Source: Tubiluchus corallicola
Lineage: Eukaryota > Animalia > Priapulida
Assembly (NCBI GenBank): GCA_030141605.1
Contig: JAQGDQ010001220.1
Location: forward strand, 1-54,366
DNA: 54,366 bases
Direction of reading: 5' to 3'
Within the stretch, counting starts at the first letter, position 1, and the number at the start of each line of letters is the position of its first letter. This document shows positions 23,309 through 36,232 of this stretch, one piece after another. Under the pieces are notes generated by a model. The model was given only the letters and a program-made list of their open reading frames with translations. It was not told the origin of the DNA and searched no databases. Position numbers and translations under genes: made by a program.

Positions 23309-23761
23309 AGAGTTACTATTTAAATTAAGTCTTATGCTTTTATAGTTATGAATATCGATTTTTTATGGCAAATAAAGATTATATATATATATATATATAT
23401 ATATAATTATTTAAAGAGTTAAACTTTTATTCACTTTTTTAAAGAAAAATTAACTTTTTGTATTTTTTTCTAGTTGAACACTATTGCCTACAACAGTCTT
23501 TGACTGGTTATACGTATAATATTTTATCATACCTGTAAATGTAAAAGTTTAACATACTTGATAAACTATTATGTAGTTAGTAACAATATTAATATAGTTC
23601 TCTTACAATTATTGTAACTACAATTGATTTGATGTATGACAGTTGTAATGTGACAGTGTAAATTGCAATTATGCTGAAATGCATAATAAATTACACTACA
23701 TTACAATGTGTATAACTTGTGCATTAAAGATTTCATATATGTAATATAATATATATATTTG

Positions 23762-24237
23762 TGTTGGCATCCTTCTGTCTCGGAAGACAATGGAGTGTGC
23801 GCCAAGAGAGTCAGTTATTGATCACATTGATGGAGCTGCAGCGTCGATTGTGGCTGAGCAATCTGATCCTTGAACGTCTCCAGGGCGCACGCCAGGGCAA
23901 GGTGTATGCAGATCCTGAGTTGCCCAGACAACAGGAACCCCTTCTCTTCCTCCCAAGGAAAGTGGAGCGATACGTTTGGCACCAGGTTGGCTGCAGGAGC
24001 TGCCGGAGTCAGTGAACATGCTGCACTGGTCCGCCTTCGGGGCTCCACTCCTGATTTGGAAGGTTTACTCCTCTACACATGGCCGTTGGGTCACTTGACC
24101 TCTTCCGCTCTCTAGCCGTTGGCTGCTTGTGCAGCTCCTCCGCCTAGTGTCGAGATGCAGTGTGGGCATCCCGCAAGCCTACAGCACCTGGTATTCTTGG
24201 GCGGTCACCCGTCCAAGTACTAACCAGGCTCTACGTT
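23762..24237 (-). mobile_element. 5S rRNA-derived SINE (SINE3 type) lacking the 5' half of its head
   Basis: 24237-24175 reads aacgtagagcctggttagtacttggacgggtgaccgcccaagaataccaggtgctgtaggctt (3' half of 5S rRNA), then a ~410-bp body ending gaaggatgccaac and a TA-rich tail; body also at 34667-34857. Confidence 0.85.
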
Positions 24238-24392
24238 ATATATATATAAGCAGAATGCCAAACAAAGAGAGGTGAAACTTGGCCAAAGTTTAGCGGTCAA
24301 TTATTACGCTTTCAAGACTAGTATCTATATTATATATAAGAGCGAGTGCAGAACACGCATTTGATTCTAAATTTATGTTATTCTTTTAGCTA

Positions 24393-24675
24393 CATGTATA
24401 TTCTTTTCTCTGGATTATATAGCAAATGTCATAATTTTAAAAATTACTAATGTTTCCTAAATTAAACTGATAACATTAATGCCTACCAGTGTCTAAAAAT
24501 CTTTTTATCTATATTCGGTAAAGGATAGCAGACTAGGTGACTTTATAGTCTTTTCGCTATCCTTTCTCTAGTTCTAGATCTATCTATACATTTTAACCAT
24601 TTTTCAAAACTTATTAGAGATTCTTTTATTAATCAAGTTTAATCGTAGTATTATAAAGAGATAAATAAATTGAAA
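24393..24675 (+). repeat. Dispersed repeat, probable LINE 3' end with stem-loop
   Basis: Reverse complement of 41785-42082; stem aaaggatagc...gctatccttt; ends in aataaattgaa. Confidence 0.75.
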
Positions 24676-24896
24676 ATTGGAATTTTATTTTTAATGAAAG
24701 GTCAAAGGTGTGTTTGTATAAAAAATATGGTTGTGTAGAAGTCTTTATATGTTTGTAATCTCGGTTTTTTAGGAATAACTTTTGTTTAAAACAATGCTTC
24801 CATACAAAAGCAGTTTTGCATGGTGCAAATATTATTTGCAGAAGAAACTGAAGCCAAAGAGATCAGACATTTTCAAAACTTACCAGTCTATCTCAC

Positions 24897-25380
24897 CTTG
24901 ACCATCTATACTGTCGGAGGTTGCAAAGTTGATGCAAAAATCCTGAAACGTGTATTCATAACCCGGACACATCGACCAGTCTCGTCCAATTTCTTCTCTA
25001 ACTTCACACATTTTTACAAAAAATGTCGAACTAAAGCTTTAAGAAAGATTGACTTTTTTAAACTTTTGTCAAAGTCCTTCATACGTGAATTAAAGTCAGT
25101 AAGAGCAATGTTTTAAGCTTGCCAAAACTGATCAGCGCGCTTGTAAACGGACTGTACACTTTTACTAAGTGAGGGGATGCACTCTGCCAGTTGACCATTG
25201 GCTAAGGACCTGCCTGTGTGGGAAAATTTTCTGGATGAGAGGTTTTCAGGCATGACATATGCATCTGGATACGCGTGGCATTGTTTGCTTAACGACGTTA
25301 TTGTGGCCTCTAAACCGCTCGAGTAACACCAACAAAAAGACGATTACCGTGGAATGTGAAGAATTTCGGGAAGCGATCAT
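24897..25380 (-). pseudogene. Possible disabled coding exon of an unknown protein
   Basis: GC-richer block ending in donor CAAG|gtgaga; a protein-like reading needs two frameshifts and one TAA; no family recognised. Confidence 0.3.
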
Positions 25381-25696
25381 TCATCCAGAATAGTGTGCAT
25401 GTGTACAGGCTGTTACATCTTGCACTGAAGTATGGTCAATTATCTTTGTAAACAGTAAACATATTTTAACTTTTACCTTTTGATGCATTTAGAAAGGCAA
25501 CGAATTTGGAATTTTCTGAATGCTCACAAGAAATTTGTTATGGTGACAGTTTGGAATTGACTTCCAGTTATTCATCCATCTATGACCAGGCGTGAACAGT
25601 ATTTTGCACAATTGTAGTCCATTATAAAGTATCGTTACCATTATAAATTTCGTAATTGTGCTGTACATGTTCACTCCGAGGTATTATTCAAGGCAA

Positions 25697-25848
25697 GAGA
25701 GTTTACGTTGTTGCGTATTTATTTTCTTTTGTGTTTCACGCTGTATGTACATAATTTCTTTCCATACATTTCGGTACATTCCAAACCAAAATCCAGTATT
25801 CAATACCCCCACCAGCATAGTCAACAACTATATTCATGGCGGGATTAG
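25697..25848. repeat. ~150-bp repeat, inverted partner of 22184-22334
   Basis: Reverse-complement match to 22184-22334. Confidence 0.9.
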
Positions 25849-26240
25849 AATCTGCTCATTGTCAAAGCTAAACCTCTAAGATAAGCTACTGAAATGCAGA
25901 AGTATCTAATCCATTAAGCCACGTTGGAAAGTGATAAATTATGCACTAATTATGTAGTTAACAGAAACCAAATAGGTAATGAATAAGCAGACCAGTAGAA
26001 AAGAAATTGATACAGTAAATTATGCAGTATGTAAGTTGGAAGTTTTAATGAAGTTGTATTATCTAAAGACTTCTTTTCTATATACAACACAGTATAATCC
26101 GTTACCACGTCTTGGTATGATTTCGTCCCCTTTGATATGTAAGGCTCTATGACAATCATCATTAAGACAAGCGTAGAAGAAATGCAATGACTAGGTGTTT
26201 GTGGATTGATACCCTTGGACATTGAAGAGACCTGTATATA

Positions 26241-26649
<409 letters not shown>

Positions 26650-26730
26650 AGAATTTATACGCATTACTACATGTTCGTATGTAGCAAGTTTGCAATTCTT
26701 GTATTTGACGAGCATCTGCTTATACACGAG

Positions 26731-26802
26731 TACGGCGTTGAAAATACCGGTTGTTCAACTCACGTTGATGACACTGGTTCTCGTCTGATCACCGAAGTTA
26801 AG
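26731..26802 (+). pseudogene. 5S rRNA 5'-half fragment (pseudogene or SINE head)
   Basis: cacgttgatgacactggttctcgtctgatcaccgaagttaag resembles invertebrate 5S rRNA up to the A-box region; preceded by the partial duplicate tacggcgttgaaaataccggtt. Confidence 0.75.
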
Positions 26803-28082
26803 TAAGTGAGTGAGTGAGTGAGTGAGTCAGTCAGTCAGTAAGTACACTAATTACTACAAGGCACTAATTACTAGAGTTATAAAGTAAAAACGAAATGTTT
26901 TCTAAAAGGATTAATTTTTTTAAATGGAATTATTCAGAAACACGTGAAGTGTCAATGTTGGCTCATCCTTTACTCACACCTGCGTCAATGATATTGCATA
27001 TCTTCTATTCAGCAGCAGAGACTCCAGGCACAGATGAAAAATGTCAGTCGTAAAATTCTTCTGCTAAACGTATCACTGTTATTTTACCTTCGCCCGCCTT
27101 GCAATTAGTCTACATAATTGAACTGCATTCACTGTGCCTGCGGGTAATGTATAGCAATCTCCCTCAAATGGCAGCCAATATGCATCTTAAACGCAGTTTC
27201 ATACAAAAAGAACCTAATTGTTTCACCCTTAATAGCAATTTAATTGAGAACTAATGATAGTTAAATATGTCGTGAGCTCATCTTTAATTTAGGCAGTATG
27301 TAAGTAAAGTAAAAGTAGATTTGTCATCCTAAAAACAGACTGTTTGATAGACATTACTAATATGCATTGTAATGAAATTACCACTATCTGTCCTGAAAGT
27401 AGAAATATATGGTTTGTAATATAAATTCTAAAATAGTTTCTTGAGTGCAGTAGTAGTGTACGCAGGTCGGATGCAAAAAAAATCGTATTTAGGCCTTTCT
27501 GTATTTGGCTCCTTGGTCAAACTGACTGTGGCCCGCAGGAATTGCGGGAAAGTTTAATGTGGCCCGGCTAGTCAGATAATTTGCACCCCCCAAACCTACT
27601 TTATTAGTGTTTTTGTTGCTTTGCTTCAAGACAGGCAAGATTACAACAACACAGTTTTTTTCGTAAACATGATTAACAAATTTTATTCTTGGCTATAACA
27701 TCTCCGCTGGTAATGACGTCACAGATAAAGTTCGCAGTTCTTTTTTATATTAAGAGATACATCAGCGTATAATAGTGACTTTTCATTTCCAAGCTGAGAT
27801 GTATGTAAAAAGAGCTCATACTAAAATAGGTAAAACTTACACAGGCAAAATACGTACTTAATAACAAACTAACTATTCAAGATTCAGTTTTTCAATTCAC
27901 TCAGCGTACAGATTCCCAGGTTATTTGTAAATAAACTAGTATTTCTAAAGTATAAAAATTCACATTATGTACACAATAATAATTAACCTAATTGTATATC
28001 TACGTATAAATAATAATAATAATAATATAAGTTTATAATCTAGTTAATTTGAGTCGTGAACCATACCATATAAGCTATCGTA

Positions 28083-29107
28083 TACAGGTTTTACACGTCA
28101 AATCTAGACACAGGAAAGTTCAAATGTGACTTAGGTAAGTCAAATGTAGACATAGGAATCTCGAATGTGTTTTGGTAACTCAAATGCGACTTAGGTAAGT
28201 CAAATGTGACTTAGGTAAGTCAAATGTAGATGCATGACTTTGAATAAATCGGTAATTAAGTTATTTAAGTGCAAATTAGAAAAAGATAAACCAAAGATAG
28301 TGCATCTATTAGTAGGCCTATAACGTTGTTATTTTAACTTAGGAGCAATTATTAAATTGAAGTTAATGAAGATTAAATTTAACAACCTTAAACTTTACCA
28401 CCTATCCACATTTGAGATACCAATGTCACATTTGACTTGACATGTGTCTACATTTGACTTACCAAAAACGCCGAAGATTTGTTGAAAACCATTGTTAACA
28501 CATTTGAACTGCCTAAGTCTACATTTGAGTTACCAAGACACATTTGAACTACCTAAGTCTACATTTGAGTTACCAAGACACATTTGAACTACCTAAGTCT
28601 ACATTTGAGTTACCAAGACACACTTGAACTACCTAAGTCTACATTTGAGTTACCAAGACACATTTGAGCTGCCTACGTCTACATTTGAGTTACCAAGACA
28701 CATTTGAACTACCTAAGTCTACATTTGAGTTACCAAGACACATTTGAGCTGCCTACGTCTGCATTTGAGTTACCAAGACACATTTGAACTACCTAAGTCT
28801 ACATTTGAGTTACCAAGACACATTTGAATTACCTAAGTCTACATTTCAGTTACCAAGACACATTTGAATTACTTAAATCTACATTTGAGTTACCAAGACA
28901 CATTTGAACTACCTAAGTCTACATTTGAGTTACCAAGACACGTTTGAATTACCTAAGTCTACATTTGAGTTACCAAGACACATTTGAATTACCTAAATCT
29001 ACATTTGAGTTAACGTAGGTCTACATTTGAGTTACCAAGACACATTTGAATTACCTAAATCTACATTTGAGTTAACGTAGGTCTACATTTGACATGTAAA
29101 ACCTATA
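28083..29107. mobile_element. Foldback-like modular-TIR element, copy 1 (right arm expanded as a 40-bp repeat)
   Basis: Ends aggttttacacgtcaaat / atttgacatgtaaaacct; arms built from caaatgt / acatttg modules; 40-bp array at ~28500-29010. Confidence 0.85.
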
Positions 29108-29903
29108 GTATATCGCATTATCGTAATTATGTAGCTGCCTGAACAAATTGCTGCTGACAAAACATCCCGAAATAAATACGAATTGATCAAAGAGTTAATT
29201 GGTACATATTAAATGTAATACACGAAAAGTAAAAAACTTAAAATAACTAATATGATTTTAATAACTTTTACTAAGATAATTATCGAGTTGGCAGTACAAA
29301 CAAGCATCAGTGGATATATAGAAACTCAAAACATACCCATTCAAAACAAAGAAACATACAAAAAACAAGAAGCTACGAACTGAGGCATAAAAAACTGTCG
29401 AATTATAAAATTTCAAGCAAAATTAATTAACCTAATTTAGATGATAATTACGTACGAGATCTATTGGCTATATTTTATATCTTTGTAAATAACAGTGATA
29501 AGTTATTTGATTATAATAATACACTAAACAAAGAATAATTGTACAAGTACACCCTGTTGTAAAGTCTGTTTTGTCTAGTGTTAGTATTTTTGTCACACTA
29601 GATTATTTGTGAATATACACATATATATATATAATGAATATTTTATCTTGTAAATGCAGTTTTGTGAAATCCAGACATTTTGTATGCCTATATGTAATAT
29701 TATAGCTAGCCATTCTAAACTAGATTGCTAAGGTATTTTTTAATGACAATCATAAGATAATCGTGACGTCAGTAGGCCTACCTGCATATTGTGGTAGTTG
29801 AGATTTCAGCGCCATGCGTTCAAGTATACTATGCAGGATTCGACTATGAGGATCATTTTTCATATTAAAATTTTAGAGTTAAGGGGAATAACCGTTGCAT
29901 GTT

Positions 29904-30121
29904 CAGGGCCTATTTCAAGGGGGGAACTGGGGATACTTCCCCGGGGCCTCACCCTCCAGGGGGGCCTCGCGCCAAGGTAACATTTTTTTGCTTTATGCGA
30001 ATATGCTGCCTCCTCTCTCCCTCTTTCCCTCTCTCTCTCTCTCTCTCTCGCTCTCTCTCTCCCCCTCTCTCTCTCTCTCTCTCTCTCCCTCTCCCCCTCT
30101 CCCTCTCTCTCTCTCTCCCCC

Positions 30122-30217
<96 letters not shown>

Positions 30218-30469
30218 CTCTCTCTCTCTCTCTTGCCGCACGCGCGCCATTTGTTAGTATTGACAAGTATTAAGGACTGGTTTTGAGAATAAAGTAGTTT
30301 TTCTTTCAATTGTTCTTTCCTTTAACAACTGTATAACTCCATATTTTCTCTTCGAAAATGCTTCTCGGCGTTCTAGCAGTTCAAAAATTTTCTGGGCGCC
30401 AACCCCCCCCCCGATGGGGCCTCATACGCCCCACTTCCCCGGGCCTCGCCTAGGCTGAAATAGGCCCTG
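29904..30469. mobile_element. hAT-type MITE carrying a (CT)n microsatellite
   Basis: TIRs cagggcctatttca / tgaaataggccctg; perfect 8-bp TSD tgcatgtt. Confidence 0.92.
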
Positions 30470-30913
30470 TGCATGTTATGATCAAAGGGTGGCGTTGCAT
30501 TGGTTGCTAGGCCTTTGTTTACCCAGGGCTAGGGCCGTGATGGGCATTTCATATACAGTTTATATGTACAAGTATCGAATTTACTGATTAACTACCAGAT
30601 GCATGACAGATCGAAGTATTTGTCCGTACCACAGGTTACATATCAACATACTTTGTCCATCATTCATTTTAACATTTGACACTTCGATTAACGTTTCTTA
30701 TAATAAATATCATTATAAGTTTATATACAATTATGAAATTATGCACGACAGATCAAAATTTTTTGTTCATATCATCATAGTCACTTTCTACAAAATAAAT
30801 GAAAAAATACTTTGTCTATGAGTGGGTGCCATGACATACTTTAATAAATATAAAACTGATAGAGTAACATCCAGGGATCGGAAAGTGCTGCCCTCTGCAG
30901 TATATTTTGGGAG

Positions 30914-31183
30914 TTATTTGCATGTGTGCTGATCAACAATGGTTTCACACGTTTTGCATTTTACGTAACAACAGTAAATGAATTTGCAATGACATCGTTC
31001 AATATGTCTGACCACTTGCGTATTGTATCCCCGTCCACAGCACAGTAAATTACATGAATCGGAGTCGGTGCTTGTTTTGTTGCATTGTCTACCATGCGTT
31101 CCCAGAATGCCTTTAGTCAAATCAACGTGACAGTAATTTGGAGACTTTTGCATGTGAACTAAGTTGTCTTTCGGAATCGGCAC
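30914..31183 (-). CDS. Wnt16: Wnt16, last exon ([18 protein letters not shown]...CCGRGYNT...QHTCK*)
   Basis: ttctag| acceptor, phase 0; Wnt C-terminal cysteine pattern; PIxKDxL and VVRHxERC match the Wnt16 subfamily. Confidence 0.95.
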   Translation of the reverse strand: MPIPKDNLVHMQKSPNYCHVDLTKGILGTHGRQCNKTSTDSDSCNLLCCGRGYNTQVVRHIERCHCKFIYCCYVKCKTCETIVDQHTCK

Positions 31184-31409
31184 CTAGAAAAATTATCATT
31201 CTAGTAGTCGAAAATATCTACACTTGAGTTTTTTTTACAAACGTGACTTTAACGTGATTAGACTGAATTTTGATATTATGTGAGTTCCATGTAGTAAACT
31301 GGTCTAGTTTGACCCATGTCATGAAAATTACGTCATGACGCTATAATAAATATTATACCCAATTCTTGATCCTGAATTAATACGGAATGAAGTAAGACAA
31401 GAACACAGT

Positions 31410-32057
31410 TACAGCTCTCTACAAAGTAAGTCATCTACGATATCAATGCAGTATGCTGATGATGTGGCATGGATTACAAGAAACAAAGAAGAAGTAGATG
31501 AAATAAAAAACTCAATAGAGGAGAAACTGAACAGAATGGATCTCGTTGCAAACAAAAATAAAATTGAAGAGTTTGACATAACACGCCATGGTGATGAATC
31601 ATGGCAAAGATGCAAGTATCTCGACAGTCTACTGGCAACAGAAGACGACATATCAAGACGGAAGATAATGGCATTATCAGCTTACTCAAAACTCACAAAA
31701 GTTTTTGAGAATAGGAAGATTTCTTTGGAAACAAAAATTAGAATATTCCCAGCCTTAGCTGAAACTGTATTTCTGTACAACTCTGAGCTCTGGACATTAA
31801 AAGCAAATCATAAAGCTGAAATCGATGCATTTCAAAGGCGAAATTACAGAAACATTTTGGGTATTAGATGGCCAAGGAAAATTTCAAACGAAGATCTATA
31901 TGAAAAAATAAAAGAAGAACCTTGGACAAGAAAAATAAAAAGACGCCGTTTAAGATGGATTGGGCATATGCTTAGACTACCTGATGATATTCCAGTGAAG
32001 ATAGCTCTTCAACAAGCCGTAGAACCAGCTAAAAACCTGCAGGAGGACAAATGTTAA
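31410..32057 (+). mobile_element. Truncated RTE-clade LINE reverse transcriptase fragment, antisense in the last Wnt16 intron
   Basis: QYADD catalytic motif; LYNSELWTL, RNILGIRW, ISNEDLY and RRRLRWIGH are typical of the RTE C-terminal region. Confidence 0.9.
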
Positions 32058-32116
32058 CATATTTAAATTTATGTATCTACAAGATTAGCTTTTTGGTTTT
32101 TCATAAATGTGCTTAC

Positions 32117-32311
32117 TTTGCGTAATGCTTTGATTTTTCGACGCAGTCTCTTTTTGCCACGTGGCGCCACCTGTATCGAGCTTTCGTACAACTTCTTGAC
32201 GTATTTTCCCACTTCGCTGAATCGTGGCAACGTCCTCCAACACGTCTTCATCTGGCAGCTTCCAGAGACTCCATGGCAACGACATTTTGTGCTCATCAAA
32301 TTCTGCATGGC
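32117..32311 (-). CDS. Wnt16: Wnt16 exon (AMQNLMSTKCRCHGVSGSCQMKTCW...KALRK)
   Basis: cttcag| acceptor and |gtaagc donor; 195 nt; CRCHGVSGSC motif with the palmitoleoylated Ser. Confidence 0.96.
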
Positions 32312-32447
32312 CTGAAGAAGATGAAAATAACTGATGAACGGAATCTGAAGTAAAGTTTACTTAGTAAATAAGCTTGCAGTTTACAATGAACGAAGAAACG
32401 ATAACGGTGATGCTATTGATGTTGTTGATGATGACGACAAGAGTTAC

Positions 32448-32562
32448 CTTTCTCCCGGCTTCATTGTTGTGCAGATTCATTAAGTTTCTGACGTCACGAA
32501 GTTTCTTGTGCTTCATTTTGTCTGGGGCATCTACAAATTGACGACTGAATTCCAAGCCATAC
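32448..32562 (-). CDS. Wnt16: Wnt16 exon (YGLEFSRQFVDAPD...MNLHNNEAGRK)
   Basis: ttacag| acceptor and AAG|gtaact donor; phase 2/0; MNLHNNEAGR motif. Confidence 0.96.
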
Positions 32563-32762
32563 CTGTAAACACACAAACATTAAGATTATTTAAAAATCTT
32601 TATGATGTAGGTCTAATTTTTAAAATTTTCGAACTCAGTAGTTGCATGATTCATTTGTTGTTTGTCGGTGCCTGATACGTGGCGGTAGTTTTTGCATATT
32701 AATCGCTTTAGCAAAGACAATGCAGACTTGCACAGGTCTCATAGTCACTGTTAATTAAAACG

Positions 32763-34075
32763 TTTAGAATTTGGTATTGTTGTCAACTTTAGAATTTGGT
32801 ATTGTTGTCAACTTTAGAATTTGGTATTGTTGTCAACTTTAGAGTTTGGTATTGTTGTCAACTTTAGAGTTTGGTATTGTTGTCAACTTTAAAGTTTGGT
32901 ATTGTTGTCAACTTTAGAGTTTAGTATTGTTGTCAACTTTAGAGTTTGGCATTGTTGTCAACTTTAGAATTTGGTATTGTTGTCAACTTTAGAATTTGGT
33001 ATTGTTGTCAACTTTAGAGTTTGGTATTGTTGTCAACTTTAGAGTTTGGTATTGTTGTCAACTTTAGAGTTTGGTATTGTTGTCAACTTTAGAGTTTAGT
33101 ATTGTTGTCAACTTTAGAGTTTGGTATTGTTTTCAACCTTAGAGTTTGGTATTGTTGTCAACTTTAGAGTTTGGTATTGTTGTCAACTTTAGAGTTTGGT
33201 ATTGTTGTCAACTTTAGAGTTTGGTATTGTTGTCAACTTTAGAGTTTGGTATTGTTGTCAACTTTAGAGTTTGGTATTGTTTTCAACCTTAGAGTTTGGT
33301 ATTGTTGTCAACTTTAGAGTTTAGTATTGTTGTCAACTTTAGAGTTTGGTATTGTTGTCAACTTTAGAGTTTGGTATTGTTGTCAACTTTAGAGTTTAGT
33401 ATTGTTGTCAACTTTAGAGTTTGGTATTGTTGTCAACTTTAGAGTTTGGTATTGTTGTCAGCTTTAGAGTTTAGTATTGTTGTCAACTTTAGAGTTTAGT
33501 ATTGTTGTCAACTTTAGAGTTTGGTATTGTTGTCAACTTTAGAGTTTAGTATTGTTGTCAACTTTAGAGTTTAGTATTGTTGTCAACTTTAGAGTTTAGT
33601 ATTGTTGTCAACTTTAGAGTTTAGTATTGTTGTCAACTTTAGAGTTTAGTATTGTTGTCAACTTTAGAGTTTGGTATTGTTTATCAACTTTAGAGTTTAG
33701 TATTGTTGTCAACTTTAGAGTTTGGTATTGTTTATCAACTTTAGAGTTTAGTATTGTTGTCAACTTTAGAGTTTGGTATTGTTGTCAACTTTAGAGTTTA
33801 GTATTGTTGTCAACTTTAGAGTTTGGTATTGTTGTCAACTTTAGAGTTTGGTATTGTTGTCAACTTTAGAGTTTAGTATTGTTGTCAACTTTAGAGTTTG
33901 GTATTGTTTATCAACTTTAGAGTTTAGTATTGTTGTCAACTTTAGAGTTTGGTATTGTTTATCAACTTTAGAGTTTAGTATTGTTGTCAACTTTAGAGTT
34001 TGGTATTGTTGTCAACTTTAGAGTTTAGTATTGTTGTCAACTTTAGAGTTTGGTATTGTTGTCAACTTTAGAATT
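32763..34075. repeat. 25-bp minisatellite, ~50 copies (tttagagtttggtattgttgtcaac)
   Basis: Direct tandem array filling most of a Wnt16 intron. Confidence 0.97.
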
Positions 34076-34335
34076 CAGTCACTTCGGCATTAGGTACCAA
34101 CCCAAGTTCGTAGTATGATGATGAATTGTGCTTCATTTGTTGTTTGACTGAATGAACAAGAATCTATTGCAGATACATTGGGTTCATTTCTGGATATCAC
34201 AGTTCAACCAGATAGAGGGTACGTTCAGCAGCCAAAGTGTCCACGAGTACCACGACAACAATGACGACAACGACTGGACTGGCTACTTGAGCTTCTCTCG
34301 TGGACTGGGTCCCAAAAAGCAGCAAGGAAACTTAC

Positions 34336-34504
34336 TTTATATTATCGCTGCATCCTCCCCATTTCCATCCATCAGGCTCAGTCTTTCCATTTCGTGTCAT
34401 GTCACAGTTACAGTCCGTAAGGTTTCCACTGGAACAAGATTGTGTGACGGCGTGGACCACACCAGCGCTAGTAATCGCATAGACGAAAGCCGTTTCCTTC
34501 AAAC
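34336..34504 (-). CDS. Wnt16: Wnt16 exon ([35 protein letters not shown]...[11 protein letters not shown])
   Basis: attcag| acceptor and AA|gtaagt donor; phase 1/2; ETAFVYAI and WKWGGCSD motifs. Absent from the ORF track. Confidence 0.96.
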
Positions 34505-34666
34505 CTGAATTTAAAAAAAAATGTCACGCTGTAGCACACAGGAAATAGATATTTATTCCATTGTGAATGTCGTTAGCGATTTTATATATTTGAGTTCTTC
34601 CTTGAGTTTTTAATTGCTGCGCTTTTGTGTTATATTATGTGAAGTATGTGAATTATAGACACCACA

Positions 34667-34857
34667 GAGGAAGAGAGGGGGCTCCTGTTGTCTGGGCAAC
34701 TCAGGATCTCCATACACCTTGCCCAGGCGTGTGCCCTGGAGACGTTCAAGGATCGGATTGCTCAGCCACAGTCGACGCTGCAGTTCCATCAAAGTGATCA
34801 ATAACTGATTCTCTTGGCGCACACGCCATTGTCTTCCGAGACAGAAGGATGCCAACA
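34667..34857 (+). mobile_element. 5'-truncated copy of the 5S-derived SINE body
   Basis: Reverse complement of ~23762-23952. Confidence 0.85.
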
Positions 34858-35171
34858 TATGAATTACCATTTTTAATGTAACACTTTATGTGTTAATAAT
34901 GTAAAATTCTCCCCAAGATATTAGAACATGTATTAAACATGTATTAATAATTTTACGTCATCTTTTTTCACTTTACTCTCTTATTCTTTCAACCAGAAGA
35001 TAGACTGTAGTGGTAGTTTGAAGCTGCCGTGTGCGGGCAAATTTTATTTGAGATACTTTGCGTTACAATTTCTTAGAGATAGATTTTTTACCGTGTTCAA
35101 CTACAGTATAAATGATATCTGTGAAATCTCGTACTAGTTTTGGATATCAAATGTGTTGCAAAGCCAGTTAA

Positions 35172-35628
35172 CCCTTTCATACCCCTTGTATCCCGTGGGA
35201 TACGAGAATATTTTCTGCCTTTAAAATTAATAAAATTTTAAAACTGACATTTATTTGATCTGTTAATAGTTATTTTGATTTAAGCCAATAACAATAGACT
35301 AAAAATGGTGATAAAATGGCAAACTAGAAAATCTACATAGCATAAAAAACTGCGCAAGGTACAGTACTTTAGAGACGACTTTGTACAGATCAGCGTAGCA
35401 TGCATACTAAATGTCTTAAATACTTTAAAAATTATCAACAGTTGCAAAATGAAGCACATTTTATGCTTCCATTGAATCCCAATGTATCCCGTAGGATACA
35501 GGCTATATTTAGCACGCGGGCACAGGTAGAAAAAAGTAATTATTATGCGTAAACAAGATGGACATACTGAACAAAAGTACAAAGCCAAAAAAATTTTCTT
35601 ATTAAAAAATAATTTGGGACTGAAAGGG
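35172..35628. mobile_element. piggyBac-type MITE, copy 1
   Basis: TTAA|ccctttca ... tgaaaggg|TTAA; second copy at 51450-51867. Confidence 0.92.
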
Positions 35629-35799
35629 TTAAAAGAGAACCGTATAGCCTACAACATCAAAATAATATATTTTATAATAATCTTGTTGATCTTGCCCTGC
35701 AATTCTTTCTCTCCTTTGTCTTGTCGATTCGTTCTAACCAATTCTTGTAACTTTCATCTTTGAATGCTGTTTTAAACCTTTATTTAATACATTAAGGCT

Positions 35800-36232
35800 A
35801 CATTTCACTACATTACCCTACATTACATTATATTACATTGCATTGCATTACATTACATTACATTACATTACATTACATTACATTACATTACATTGCATTT
35901 TGCTACAATACACTACATTACATTGCATAGCATTGCATTACATAACAATACATTACATTGCATTGCATTACATTAAATTACATTGCATTGTGTTACATTC
36001 CGTTGCATTGCGTTACATTACATTACGTTGCATTGCATTGCATTAGATTACACTACGTTATATTACATTGGATTGCATTACATTACATTATGTTACATTA
36101 CATTACATTATAAGGACATTTACTTTTACGATTGAAGAACAAAAACCATTTCACATTACATTGGATTGCATTACATTACATTACATTACATTACATTACA
36201 TTACATTACATTACATTACATTACATTACATT
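35800..36232. repeat. (ACATT)n pentanucleotide repeat
   Basis: Seen directly; source of the HYITL ORFs. Confidence 0.95.

Noticed and set aside
24175-24237. Functional 5S rRNA gene
   Set aside because: Only half the molecule is present, with no poly-T terminator, and it is fused to a repeat body.
31446-32057. Domesticated or active reverse transcriptase gene
   Set aside because: Only the C-terminal part from YADD onward is present, with no endonuclease or N-terminal RT motifs; an ordinary truncated RTE copy.
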